Origin: Epithemia pelagica
Lineage: Eukaryota > Protista > Bacillariophyta
Assembly (NCBI GenBank): GCA_946965045.2
Contig: OX337234.1
Span: 992,001 to 1,056,000 of the forward strand
Direction: 5' to 3'
DNA length: 64,000 bases
Below are positions 43,948-55,108 of this stretch, one piece after another. Position numbers and translations under genes: made by a program. Under the pieces are notes generated by a model that saw only the letters and a list, made by a program, of their open reading frames with translations, did no database searches and was not told the DNA's origin. The stretch's first letter is position 1. Each line of letters starts with the position of its first letter.

Positions 43948-46020
43948 ATGGACGACACCTCAGTGTGTCTACTCCACGAAGATCTCGAATGGTTTATCAA
44001 ACGCTTCTCCCAGCTAGGCAAACCAATGGGCATCGACATCAACCTGACAAAAACAAAAATCCTCACGGCAACCAACGGCTGTTCCCCGCTCAACGACCTC
44101 CCACAACAAAAAAAGGACGGCCTCCAAGCGGCCCTCACCCTGCTTTCCCCGGACAAACCCGAGAACGCGGAAATAAAAACAGGCGCGCGGTTCCTGGGCC
44201 AACCCATCGGCGCCCAAACCTTCACCACCCACTTCATCAACGACAGAATCGAGACAATCAAGAACAACACCAAAACCCTGCGACACCTCGACGACCTCCA
44301 AACCCAAAGCATATTATTTAAGTACTCCGCAATTCCGGCCCTGCTGCACCTCCTTCCAGCAGACATGGTGCAAGCAAACCCAAACTCCAACCACAGGACC
44401 AGCCTGTGGACCAGCCCCACCACGGCCGCCATCGACCGGTTGATTGCTGAGTTCCTGGCACAGCTGACATCGACTCAAACCAGCGCCATCCCCGAAATGG
44501 CAACGCTTATAGCTTCACTCCCACAACGCCTGGGGGGACTCGGCTACCACCATGCCGCCGCCTCGGCATTCCCACGTCTACTGACACAGACAGCCAGAGC
44601 CATCACACTGGCCCAAGCCAAGACCACGCCGATTCCGCAACCACACCGTCGACGCTACACCAACTGGGAACAGAGCGAAGACCCCCGCCTGACATCCTTC
44701 CGCAGGGGCCTGGCCATCCTCACCAACGAATATGCCGACGATGCGATCGTCACTCCAAACCGATTTGACCGGACCACCCACAGATGCCAAACCAGCCACA
44801 TCCTTAAAACACACGTCGTCGCAAAACTCTTCCAAGCAACACCACCGGAACACCGATCGGTCCTCCCATCGCTGCTGTCCCCAATGACCAGCATGGCCAT
44901 GCACATGCCACGGCCAGCGGTCCGATTCCGCCTGGATAACCAAGTCTTTTGCACCGCCATCCGGCAAAAACTGCGAATACCGCTGTTCCCCTCTCCCACG
45001 AACACACAGCGCAACACATGTCGGTGCACTGCCAAGCGCACCCTCGACCCGGAAGGGGACCACCTCTTCAACTGCGCCGCAGCATCGAAGACGGCCCTTT
45101 CCAATGCGATACGGGACACGCTCTACGACGTACTCCGGCACACCGCACCAAAAGCCAAGATAGTCGATGGTCCCCATGATGTCCATGTGGAACCACCAGG
45201 TTTGGCACCAGAACACAGCCGAAACGTCTGCCCCGCCGACGTCGGCTTACGACTCTCACAGCCCGACAGCAACCAGCACTTCCACTACGTTGCCATAGAC
45301 ATCACCGTGCCCCCTCCACAGAAACGCGACTCTGCGCTTGACCCGTCCGACCCCATCCAAATTGCTCACGAAGCCTCCAGGACGCATCAAGACGCAGCCC
45401 GTGCTAAATTCTGTCGAGACCCGGACATGGCCCAGCACCTCCACCGCCACGGAGTGTACCTCTTGCCGTTTACCGTTGACCATTTAGGATCACTGGGATC
45501 CTTCGCCCAAACCCTTCTTTCCCACCCAGACAACCACCCCCACCAGTTCTCTACAGCGATACCTCCACCATGGACTACCCCTCACTTTGGCAAGACGGCT
45601 GCACGCAGCACTGCCCATCCAACCGCCTTCGCCTTGTTCCAAGAACTCGAACATGCACCACGGTACATCTTCGATAAAACCAACAACCACAACGACAATT
45701 CCAAATTCCACTACCCCGAAGCCCACATCTTCTCTCTCTCCCACTACGCCAAAGCATCCTTATCCCATGCCATCATCTCCTCCTTAGCCACCCACGCAAA
45801 CACTCAGATCAGCGCCATCCAAGAATCCACTGACAAGCAACGATTCCGCAACACCCAAATCACAAATCTGGCAACACCAAATTTTGCTCCGGTCACTCCA
45901 CTCTATTCCCCCCGATCGCTCTCGGATTTCTTCCCAGACAGCGGCAGCCCCCACCTCCTATGCCTCCCGACCGCCTAGGAGTAACCATATAGTAGCATAA
46001 ACCCGTAGTAGAAAAAAAAA
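43948..46020 (+). mobile_element. 5'-truncated non-LTR retrotransposon with restriction-like endonuclease (CRE/R2-type architecture)
   Basis: 676-aa ORF (43948-45978) begins at the RT xMDD motif, then thumb region, CCHC knuckle (CRC...DHLFNC) and PADV...IDITV nuclease; short A-tail ending at 46020. Confidence 0.82.
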
Positions 46021-46255
46021 GCCATTGACGATTGACGAGATGGCAACTTTTGCTCCAGCATATCGATGCCGATCATGGCACTGTATTGTGCTTTTAAAAG
46101 TTTACCTACGGACAGAATACTCTTCCTGGACATGCCATGGTGACCAATGTCGCCTATTTTCCCGATACTCAGGACGGTGCCTCTGTCTCGGTGGGCGGAT
46201 CGACACAAGCCAGTTGATCTCTTCTAGAGGTACGGTCCAAGTATCTTCTTCTCAT

Positions 46256-48192
46256 CTACGTGGGAGTAATAAGTGCTGACCAGTTGACGGCCGCGAAAAT
46301 GTCTTCCATGAACGAAGCACACGCACCGTCAAGACGGCTCTTCACATCCTTTTCGCTCTCACCTGGCTGCTCTACTCGTAACTTCTCCTCGTGGATTTTC
46401 TCCTTCAGCATTTTCATGTACAGGTTATCGTGGTGAATGCTCGCGTTCCTTCCAAGGCGTATAAAATTAGACTTCAGTTCGGCCATACGCTGAATAGTTG
46501 CACGGGTAAGTGGTTTGCCCAAAACATGCGCAGTGTCAAAATCGATGATCTGGACACTGAAAGAACCGTTGTCAAGCTTCTTCCACATTATGTTCGACAG
46601 GTAGAGATCCATATGGACCACTCCCTTTTCATGCATGTCATCAACCACAGTTTCCATCGTCGAAACCAGAGTATCCCGATCATCAGAGTCGTCTGGAAGA
46701 CCAATGCGGTAACCCACCAATTTTTGAAAAATCATGGCATCACAATTGCATTGTTTATCTTTCAGCCTGATAGCAAGAGGGAGGCAAGCATACGAAGTCC
46801 CTCCCAGCCGACTCGTAACTCCCAGCATATGAGTGACGGATGTACCCTTGTACTCCAAAACTGGAAAGAAGTCATCCATCAACTTGCAGTGATATTTCGC
46901 TGGATCCAAGCCCATTTTGACGGACGACAGGTTGTTCAACGAATTTACGAATTGTGCTACTTCTGTCTTATGACGTGTCATTACTCCTTCTCGCATTCCG
47001 AAGTGTCTGACAACCGGAGCACCGGCGTAACAAAGCATACGGCTGGGAGGCTGGGTTTATCTGGGCTACTCGGTCCGAGCATGTAAACCGCTGCCACTTG
47101 AACGAGACTGCCTGTCGTTGTAAACAGCGGAACAACAATTCTTGAAGGAGGGATTCCAGCTCGGGCCATTGCAACGGCCGCATTTGTCGCCATTGCAATT
47201 CCCTCTCCATGGCCTGAGTCCGGAGATGCAGCCGTGTCCTGAGTCTCGAAGATGGAGGTTGTGATAAACCTGACGGGCAGAGAAGCAGCAAGATGCGTCA
47301 ATGGCTCCGTGTGAAAATACGCATCGGGATAACTACTAGGGGTGGCAATCCCACCAGTGAGGCCAATGTCTCCCAGTGTACGCCTTGTTCCCTGTTCCAA
47401 ACCATCTTTAAAGATTCGTTGCGTTGTAATATGACCATCGAATTGCTTGGCGATGAAGTCCAAGTGGTCAACTTGGACGGTTCTGACTGTCGCGTCCTCG
47501 CTGGTTTCCGGTACCGATTCGAGGGTGTATATAGTTCCTTGACATACGAAAGCCGCAGAGAGCTTGTCAATGACCTTTTCTTCCACGGCCGTGGGAGGCG
47601 TTTCAAACTTTCTGGTAAAGAGTGTCCGGATCTGTTCCGGAATGAGGTGATTGTGGAATACAGGCGGCAATGTGGCGACTCCCTGCATCGTCCGACTGCC
47701 ATTTGTTGTGAAGCAAGAGGCAGTTGCTTGATGAGGCTCTGTAATTTTGTACCGCTTTGCTTCTTGCTTTCGTTGTTGTGCTTCTGCGGCCCGCTTCTTT
47801 CTTAGAACTTGTCCCCAGAAGCTCGTTGAAAAGTGTTCCAGAAACCAGCTGTTTCCGTCGTCAACAGTAATCTCTTCGAAATGGTCGTCAAGCCATGCCT
47901 TTGCAGCCAGTAGCAAGTCCCTCTTCGCAGAAGGGAACAACTTTTTTGATGCCTGGTCATCGAAATCAAAGAAATCCTGCTTCCCAGCTTGCATATAAAA
48001 GGTATCGATACTTTTTATACCTCTGTCCTCAAAAGCTATCCGTTGTTCCTCCCGCAATGTTGTTATTTTCACAAAATGTTCCCATGCGTTTCTACGAACT
48101 TCGACGTCAGCTGTATTATCTCCGCCCATTGTCTCAAAGATATCTGGGTCGTTGTTACAACAGGTTCTCTGCGGCGCTGTTACCTTTGCCAC
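46256..48192 (-). pseudogene. Frameshifted Crinkler-like nuclease plus protein kinase gene (ORFs 46981-48192 and 46256-47038)
   Basis: Kinase motifs VVHMDLYLSNIMW and IIDFD in the distal ORF; PD-(D/E)xK-like YPDAYF...IFETQ in the proximal ORF; the two ORFs overlap by 58 bp in different frames. Confidence 0.55.
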
Positions 48193-48639
48193 GAATGACT
48201 GTCGAGTTTTTGAGAGAAGCCATGGCGGTTGGTCTACACGGATAAGAATAAGTTACTCCCAAGTTTTGGACAGATTTCCCGTTTTGTTCGCTAAATCGCT
48301 CGAGGGTCTGTCGGTTTGACGTGATGACCAAACAAATCCGTCCGAAAGAGATGACGAAACACGGCAGATAGGGAGTGGAGCCGGGGTTCCGTTTTGATTC
48401 TTTCGAGTTTTGATGTAATTGGACCAGACCCAGTCAATAGGATGCACCCACAGTGAGAGAACGAGTCCAGTCTCATCAACAATTACAAGCTGATCTATAT
48501 GGACCAGGCATGTAGTAACTAGCGACCGAGACTACAGCAAAGTTTCAGGATGCACCAGTGTGGTCATGACATAATTTGTCAGGAAAGCGTTCGCGCTTTT
48601 GATCATCATGAAGGCAACACAACTTGATGCCACCACTCC

Positions 48640-49006
48640 GTGGTGCAAGAGCCAGAACGGGACCAGCAACGATTGTGCTTCGCGTCCAAGGCGAAAGTTA
48701 TGGCCATTCTAGCCTTTGCCGTGTGCATGCTCTCTGCTTTGTACAACTTAATCGGATGTAGTCGAACGGCGAATCAGAGCCATGCTTTGCCAAAGAAAAG
48801 CAACCTTCGTCGCCCCATTTCACAAATCAGCTTAATCGGAGAACGGAACAATGGAACTCGATGGATATCTGGGTAAGTTCCAATCCTGTTTGTCCCTTGA
48901 TTCAGCTAGCAACGATCTTTTGCTAATATATATATATCTTCCTCGTACTTCACAGTCACCTAGAAAAATGCTTTGGCGGTCGGATCAAAGTCGTAAGAGA
49001 ACTAAC
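48640..49006 (+). pseudogene. 5' part of a sulfotransferase-like membrane-anchored gene, interrupted by the copia element
   Basis: TM anchor and ISLIGERNNGTRW motif; intron 48873-48955; exon ends at RELT at the LTR boundary. Confidence 0.7.
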
Positions 49007-49165
49007 TGTCTTGTTCCAGTCGATACCTTATTCAACGTGCAAATTAAAAGATATTATAAGGCTAAACCACTAATGTAAGGATCCCCAAAATAGTAACCAT
49101 GTAAACGGTAAAACCCCCAAAGATTTCCCATATCCGGGTTTTGTTCCCACGACCCGAATAAGACA
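49007..49165 (-). repeat. 3' LTR of the outer copia
   Basis: TGTCTT...AAGACA termini; preceded in element sense by PPT-like GCGGGGAC. Confidence 0.95.
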
Positions 49166-49196
49166 GTCCCCGCAAAGTGTAGCTCACCCCGAGAAT

Positions 49197-52100
49197 TCAC
49201 TTTGTTGTCCCCCGCGGTTGTGAGGGAGGTCCCCGGTCCCCAAATGCCGATGAATATGTGAACTGTGAGATCAAGTTATTTCTTCGACTCTGGGGAAGCA
49301 TCTTGGTAAACAAGTCAGCAATGTTGGTCTCCGTGTCTTCCTTGCCGACTCTGACGATTCCTGCGGCTGCCGCTTCACGGACCGAATGATAGTTGATGGC
49401 GTTGTGTCGCTTGCTCAGGATGGATGAAGGTATGCTGGTATTTTTGACAACGCCTCGATTGTCACAGAGAATATTGGCCGGACCGACAACCGGAACACCG
49501 AACATTCGCAACTTATACCGCATCCCAACAATCAACTCTTTGGCGATTCTCATCGCCACGAATTCGCTCCCGAAACTGGATGTTTCCACGGTATTTTGGC
49601 GTTTTGAGAACCAAAGGATCGGAGCGTTCTGCAAGAACACCAATATGCCTGTGTGGGATCGACGCGTGACGACATTCCCAGCGTGATCTGCGTCCACGAA
49701 GCACGTGATTTCCACCGGATTCCCAAGTGGTGTCGGCATGTCTGCTGGTACTTCTTCCGCTACGTCCCCGTAAAACTCTTTCCACTCTTCGATCGGTGTC
49801 TGCGCGAAACAACTCTCGTCTAGCTTCACTGTGACAGGGTCGAATACCATCTTGAGCTTCGGATGAGATTTGAGGAATGAAAACACGCAATACACAGCTT
49901 CAAGATGTCCCTTCCGCGGATTTGCTAGATACTGTGACATGATCGAAACTTCCAAGTAGATATCCACGCGGCCAATCTCGACCGCCCATCTCAACACACC
50001 AATCAGCTGTTGGTACCGAGCTCTCATCTTATCATCCAGCTCCTCAGAAGTATCAAGCTCGGGCTTGTACGAAGTTTCGATTGGTACCCGCGCAGTTGTT
50101 TTGAGATGTTTTCCGTCCCCGTCTTCCAGCAACAATTGCTCCACCACTTTGATCGCGTTATTTACGTACTTCTCGCTGGACATACCCCATGCCGTTCCCC
50201 CTGTGGGCAGGTTGTGTTGGTACACCTGCGCCCCCAGGTACGTGGTCGGTGGTCCGATACTCCCTTTCTTTATCTTGTAATGGCGGTCTATCTCCTCAAA
50301 CACTGGTTCAGGCTTGTGGCTGACAAGCAAGATGTCATCAACGTAAACTAAAATCAGCTCATAGTACGGTTCCCCATTGTCACGCTTTCGTTCCCGTCGT
50401 AGGACACATGGATCCGCCTTGGTATCAACATATCCCATGTCATAGAGAGTGCTCACCAGCGTCGCTCGCCAACTGGCTCCCGAGGATTTTAGCCCGTAAA
50501 GCGCTCTTGTCATCACGCACACCTTCCCTTGAAACTCTGAACCCACTTCCGCTCCACCTAGGAACCAAATCTTCTCGCGACATGGCGCATTAAGGTAGGC
50601 ATTTCCAATGTCACAAGCCAGTACGTCTAGGTCATTCAAGGCTGCGATTAGAAACGCTATCCGAATTGAATCGCGACTCACAACGCTCGAATAAGTAAGA
50701 CTTGATGGGGCATCTGTCATGTGCCCACCAGCCACCAATCTGGCTTTTCTCGTCAGGTCCATCTTCACATCGAAAACCATGTGGCACTTGATTTCCGTGT
50801 ACCCTATTAGCTGTCGCCCTGCTCGCACCTCCGCAAGCACGAGATCGTCGCGAGCCTCCCAGGCCACCTTCACGACTCCTAGTTCCTTCGCGATCGCGTC
50901 CCGCCAGAACGTCGTCCCCGTCTCTTTGTCAAACTGTAACGCCTCTTCCACGGAATGTGGCAGTCGCACCCCATACTTGTGTGTCAGTTTCCAATACTTT
51001 TTCTGCTTCTTCTTTTTCCCAACGACCTTGTTTATGATCCTTCGTTTGTGATTCATGACACGTGGCACCCACCAGTGGAATGCCGGTTCCTGCTCTAACC
51101 CTTGTGCGACTATATATTCTGCTAACTCTATGGGGTATCCGTCCTTTGCTTCCCGAAGCGGTATCCATGACTGACTCCCATCCTTCCATTCAATCGCAAT
51201 TTCCCACCCTTTCGTCGTTCTTCTTGGTACCTTGTTCCCATTCTTGGACACTATGAAACCGTCGTCCTTCCCAACGGCGTCCCCGTTTTTCCTGTGCCCA
51301 ATGATCTCGCTCATGATTGCGAACTGTCGACCTTGATCATCCAGCTGCGAATACAGCGACTCCGCAATGACATTGGCGGTGTATTCCTGGATGACACCTC
51401 CAGGGAAACTCACATCGTAAGCTCTACTGTCAAAGAGTGGATTCTTGTGCCTCGTTCCGATTGGTTTGCCATCTAACCCTTTCTTCCTCTTCACTACCGT
51501 CCCGAGCAACGTTTCACCGCCAACGTCTAACTGGATTTGCGCCCCCAAGTAGTTGTCATACTCCTCGCCAAGGTCGTCCGCTTCTGGCTTCGGTTCCTGG
51601 ATCATCTTCCCGTATTCTTCATCCGTCGGAATTACACCTTTTACTTGAGTGTCGTCCTCGACCGGTTCCTCTACGTCCTCCAAAAATCCTGGTCCCTTGC
51701 TCTCCCAATCCACAAAATTCGTATCGTCGAGGCGCTGCTCAACAATCAACCGGAACTCTTGAATCTTTGCCGTGATGGCTGGTTCCGCCTGTTCCTGCTC
51801 CGTCACATGTTGCACGGTTGTCCTTGCCAACACTTTTCCTGCTTTAGTGAGAATCCAATAACAAAGGTCGCTGCCAATTCGATGCGCTATCCCCAGCCAG
51901 AACCCAAGGTGACGATGTTCATCCGACGTATCGGCTTTGGTGTTGTCATGATACCAGACAATATCGAAAAACTGGAAATCGATCCACTCCGAGATGTCGG
52001 GTGTCTCGCCTGTAAGTCGTTCTATGCCGCTGCGGCTGTCATGTCCCCGGGCGACGCGACTAAGTACACCCGACTCATGAACCAACCCATAATCCCACAG

Positions 52101-53339
52101 ACGACGAGGAACCCGACAATCAACCATGCGGCGATGCCATCGTTGTTTGAGAAGCCCGATCTCTCGCTCGGCACGATGGTTCTGCTTGCTCGTGCCCTTT
52201 TCGGCCCATTTGAGGTCAATTCGATGGAAGCGGCTTAATTTCGTGAACTGCGTGGCGGCCCCCGTTTGCTCGCCGGCCAAATCCGCCGTCAGACCATCCG
52301 GAACCCCAACTTCATCAATAAAACGGGCCAATGCTTGGCCGACATGTGCCTTGGAAGCGAGTGGGTAAACGGCCGTGTACTGTCCGTCCGTGAATACTTG
52401 CGCACATTTGTGTCCCGAAAGTGATGTCGTCCGAGCGAAAAGCGTATCCGTATAGAACCGACTATTCAATCTATTCCGATGCAATGCCAAGTTGTCAACA
52501 CGATATCGTCGCGTTATAGGCGTGACAGCTGTCCGGATACCCTGTTGGGTGGTGACGCGGAGGGTTTTCCGCGCGGTTTCCAACCCAATCTTCCATTTCT
52601 TGCTGAGATTTTCCGGTGAAACGGTCGAGTGACGGTCCGAGCCGAGACCGCCGACCGATCTGAGACTGTCGAGTCGCTGCCCCACGGCCACAGGATCGCA
52701 TGCGCTAGAGACCGCGCCAATTTCGAGTGAGATCTCTTCACGTGCATCATCTAGCGGGCTACGATTGTGTAAGCTCAAATCCACACTTTTTGGGTCCCAT
52801 AACTCTTGACGCGTCAAAGTCACCGCAGGTAAAGTCTCAATTTCATGCTTGGTAGGCGCGCGGGACTCAAAGTAAATAGTCGTCCCCTGTATCTCGAAGG
52901 GAATATATAACCCGTCGGCCGTGATGCCAAATCCTTCGTCCTCCTTCCTTGTGGGGTCATCGCGAACCACATGCCCACAATACCGAATTTGATTTTGATT
53001 CAAGAGAGTCTTCTTTAGTGCGCTACCAAACCACAACATTTGGTGGCCGATTAAGATGTATTCTACTCCTGTACTTTTCTCTCGGATGCATGTGGCACAT
53101 GTCGCTATCGGTACGTATTGACCTCCTACCTGTTGTCCCATAAAGTCACTAACCTTGCATTCCATTCCTGTTGTTTCCATGAGTGTCCAATTGACACCAG
53201 CGCAGGAGGTGTCTGCCATCGTATCCATTTCGTTGCATGCAACATCATTCCCATTCCCAGTGCCGATTCCCATGTTTCCTATGCTACAATCCACCGTCTT
53301 GTCAGTGGTCACCTCACGCCTGGCCCCACAAGTAACCAC
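49197..53339 (-). CDS. pol: Copia Pol (protease, integrase, RT, RNase H)
   Basis: MDTMADTSCAG, YTDTLF, KARLVAGGH, DIGNAYL, YVDDILL and FVDADHAG. Confidence 0.95.
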   Translation of the reverse strand: MVTCGARREVTTDKTVDCSIGNMGIGTGNGNDVACNEMDTMADTSCAGVNWTLMETTGMECKVSDFMGQQVGGQYVPIATCATCIREKSTGVEYILIGHQMLWFGSALKKTLLNQNQIRYCGHVVRDDPTRKEDEGFGITADGLYIPFEIQGTTIYFESRAPTKHEIETLPAVTLTRQELWDPKSVDLSLHNRSPLDDAREEISLEIGAVSSACDPVAVGQRLDSLRSVGGLGSDRHSTVSPENLSKKWKIGLETARKTLRVTTQQGIRTAVTPITRRYRVDNLALHRNRLNSRFYTDTLFARTTSLSGHKCAQVFTDGQYTAVYPLASKAHVGQALARFIDEVGVPDGLTADLAGEQTGAATQFTKLSRFHRIDLKWAEKGTSKQNHRAEREIGLLKQRWHRRMVDCRVPRRLWDYGLVHESGVLSRVARGHDSRSGIERLTGETPDISEWIDFQFFDIVWYHDNTKADTSDEHRHLGFWLGIAHRIGSDLCYWILTKAGKVLARTTVQHVTEQEQAEPAITAKIQEFRLIVEQRLDDTNFVDWESKGPGFLEDVEEPVEDDTQVKGVIPTDEEYGKMIQEPKPEADDLGEEYDNYLGAQIQLDVGGETLLGTVVKRKKGLDGKPIGTRHKNPLFDSRAYDVSFPGGVIQEYTANVIAESLYSQLDDQGRQFAIMSEIIGHRKNGDAVGKDDGFIVSKNGNKVPRRTTKGWEIAIEWKDGSQSWIPLREAKDGYPIELAEYIVAQGLEQEPAFHWWVPRVMNHKRRIINKVVGKKKKQKKYWKLTHKYGVRLPHSVEEALQFDKETGTTFWRDAIAKELGVVKVAWEARDDLVLAEVRAGRQLIGYTEIKCHMVFDVKMDLTRKARLVAGGHMTDAPSSLTYSSVVSRDSIRIAFLIAALNDLDVLACDIGNAYLNAPCREKIWFLGGAEVGSEFQGKVCVMTRALYGLKSSGASWRATLVSTLYDMGYVDTKADPCVLRRERKRDNGEPYYELILVYVDDILLVSHKPEPVFEEIDRHYKIKKGSIGPPTTYLGAQVYQHNLPTGGTAWGMSSEKYVNNAIKVVEQLLLEDGDGKHLKTTARVPIETSYKPELDTSEELDDKMRARYQQLIGVLRWAVEIGRVDIYLEVSIMSQYLANPRKGHLEAVYCVFSFLKSHPKLKMVFDPVTVKLDESCFAQTPIEEWKEFYGDVAEEVPADMPTPLGNPVEITCFVDADHAGNVVTRRSHTGILVFLQNAPILWFSKRQNTVETSSFGSEFVAMRIAKELIVGMRYKLRMFGVPVVGPANILCDNRGVVKNTSIPSSILSKRHNAINYHSVREAAAAGIVRVGKEDTETNIADLFTKMLPQSRRNNLISQFTYSSAFGDRGPPSQPRGTTK

Positions 53340-53351
53340 TGATGCCTGGCG

Positions 53352-55108
53352 TCACTCATATGCGCCGGCTCCGAATCTGCGTCCGTTGGTGCTGCCACGG
53401 TCGTTGCTACCGGGATTCTCGGTTCCCGCCGCACTACCAGCGGCATGTCCATTGGTACCTCCGCCGACAGACGGGTCTGTGATGACCGATGGTGGCTCAT
53501 TATTCTCATTCACGTCGACATTGCCGATGCCGCGTCCACTGGCAGCAGAACCGCGCCCCCAATCACCACCGCGCCCCCAATCACCACGTCCCCGCCCGTA
53601 GCCACGGCCGCGGCCACCACCACGGCCGCCACGATCACCTGAGCTGCGGAGCCGAGCTCGTTCCTGATGGATGTACGCCTGTCCGGCGGGCCCAAGAGTG
53701 GCCATCTCCTGGGAAGTGAATCGGCGGCTGACGTCCGTGACGTCAACGCCGTAGAAGGTGAAAATACCGTTGTGCTGTTGGAGACCCGCAAAATTCCGTG
53801 GACGGGAAGCGGGTGACTGTTCGCCCGTGTGTGTTTCCGAGATAAACCGGTGCCGAGTGCCAGGACGTGTGCCACTGCCTCCGATGACATTCGGGTACAG
53901 TTCCGAGACTTCACGCGAGATATAGGCGATGGCGTCATCTAAATTAGACCTGTAGTTGCTTCGCACGGTGCTTTTTATGACGGCAAACTCGGCCGTTGCA
54001 ATTCGGATGTTGTCCAGCAAGATCTTGACCTGATTTGCATTCGAGCGTCGATTAGGTGTCTCTTCGAGCGTGCGGAATGCACGTAGAAGCTTGGTAGAAT
54101 AGGCGTCGAAGCTAAACGCTCTCTCGTTATGATAAAATACGGAACTAAGGATAGCTTCAGCCTTGTTGATACGTTTCTCTTTCTGGCCGCCGCCATCGTA
54201 GTGTGCTACCAAGGCTAACCATGCCGCTCGACCGTTCTGGGATGCCTGGTAGGGTTGAATCCACGTTGCGGGTTGGTCGCGTACACGGTCACTAAGCAAC
54301 CGGTACACTGCCTTGTTGTCTTCGTGAAAGAATGGTCCAGTCAGAGGGTAAGTGTACAATTCTTGCTCTCGGAGAGTTTGAAAGACGTGTCCAGGTTGAA
54401 TTTCAGGCCTAATTACATAGTCGAGTGGGGCTTGTTGCTTCCCAATTATGTGGGACAAATAGGTAGGGAATTCGCGAGACCAATCTTCCCATATCTCTTC
54501 CTTGAGGATTTCGGGCTTAATTTCCGGTGCCTTGTCAGTTTCTGCTTTAATTTCCATCTCGTCGAGGGCATCCGAGAGTACCACTTGGTCGAAGTCGGCA
54601 GCAGTGATGTCACGCCTCTGTCTACGGGCCTTGGAAGCCCAAAAACACAGCCCTTGAAGATTCTTTACGACGCTTGTTGGAAGGCTTATATTATTCGGTC
54701 CAGGGCGTTTCTCCAACCTTGAAGCTAAGGACGTGACATCATCCTTACTCATTCGTCCGAAGGCGTGTAACGAATTAAGACGTTCTATGTTTTCTAGTAC
54801 TTGAATTTCGTTTGCGTTTGCCCCGCACACGGTCAATACCAGCCCGACTTGCGAAAGCGCGGGTGGTGGTCCTGCAGGCGGGTGCGGTATCGGGGGAGGT
54901 GGTGCACCACCATCGCCATCATCGCCGTGTCCACCACCACCACCGCCTCCTCCAGCGCCGCCGTCTCCTCCAGCGCCGCCGTCTCCGCCGCCAGCGGGTG
55001 CACCTCCAGCGGTTTCGCCCCGTGTCGACGCGCTTCTTGTTCCTCTCGTTCCACTACTTGAACTCCCGGCTCTATTACTAGAGCCGCCAGTACTTCCACC
55101 AGTGCCAC
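53352..55108 (-). CDS. gag: Copia Gag, main part; true start ATG at 60017 is cut off by the nested element
   Basis: Gly-rich N-terminus, PLDYVIR, GRAAWLALVAHYDG and RG-rich C-terminus. Removing 55109-59970 plus one TSD restores MPARKTGTERNPSGGG-TGGSTGG in frame. Confidence 0.88.

Noticed and set aside
43900-46040. Target-site duplication of the non-LTR element
   Set aside because: No convincing match between the 5' junction region and the sequence after the A tail.
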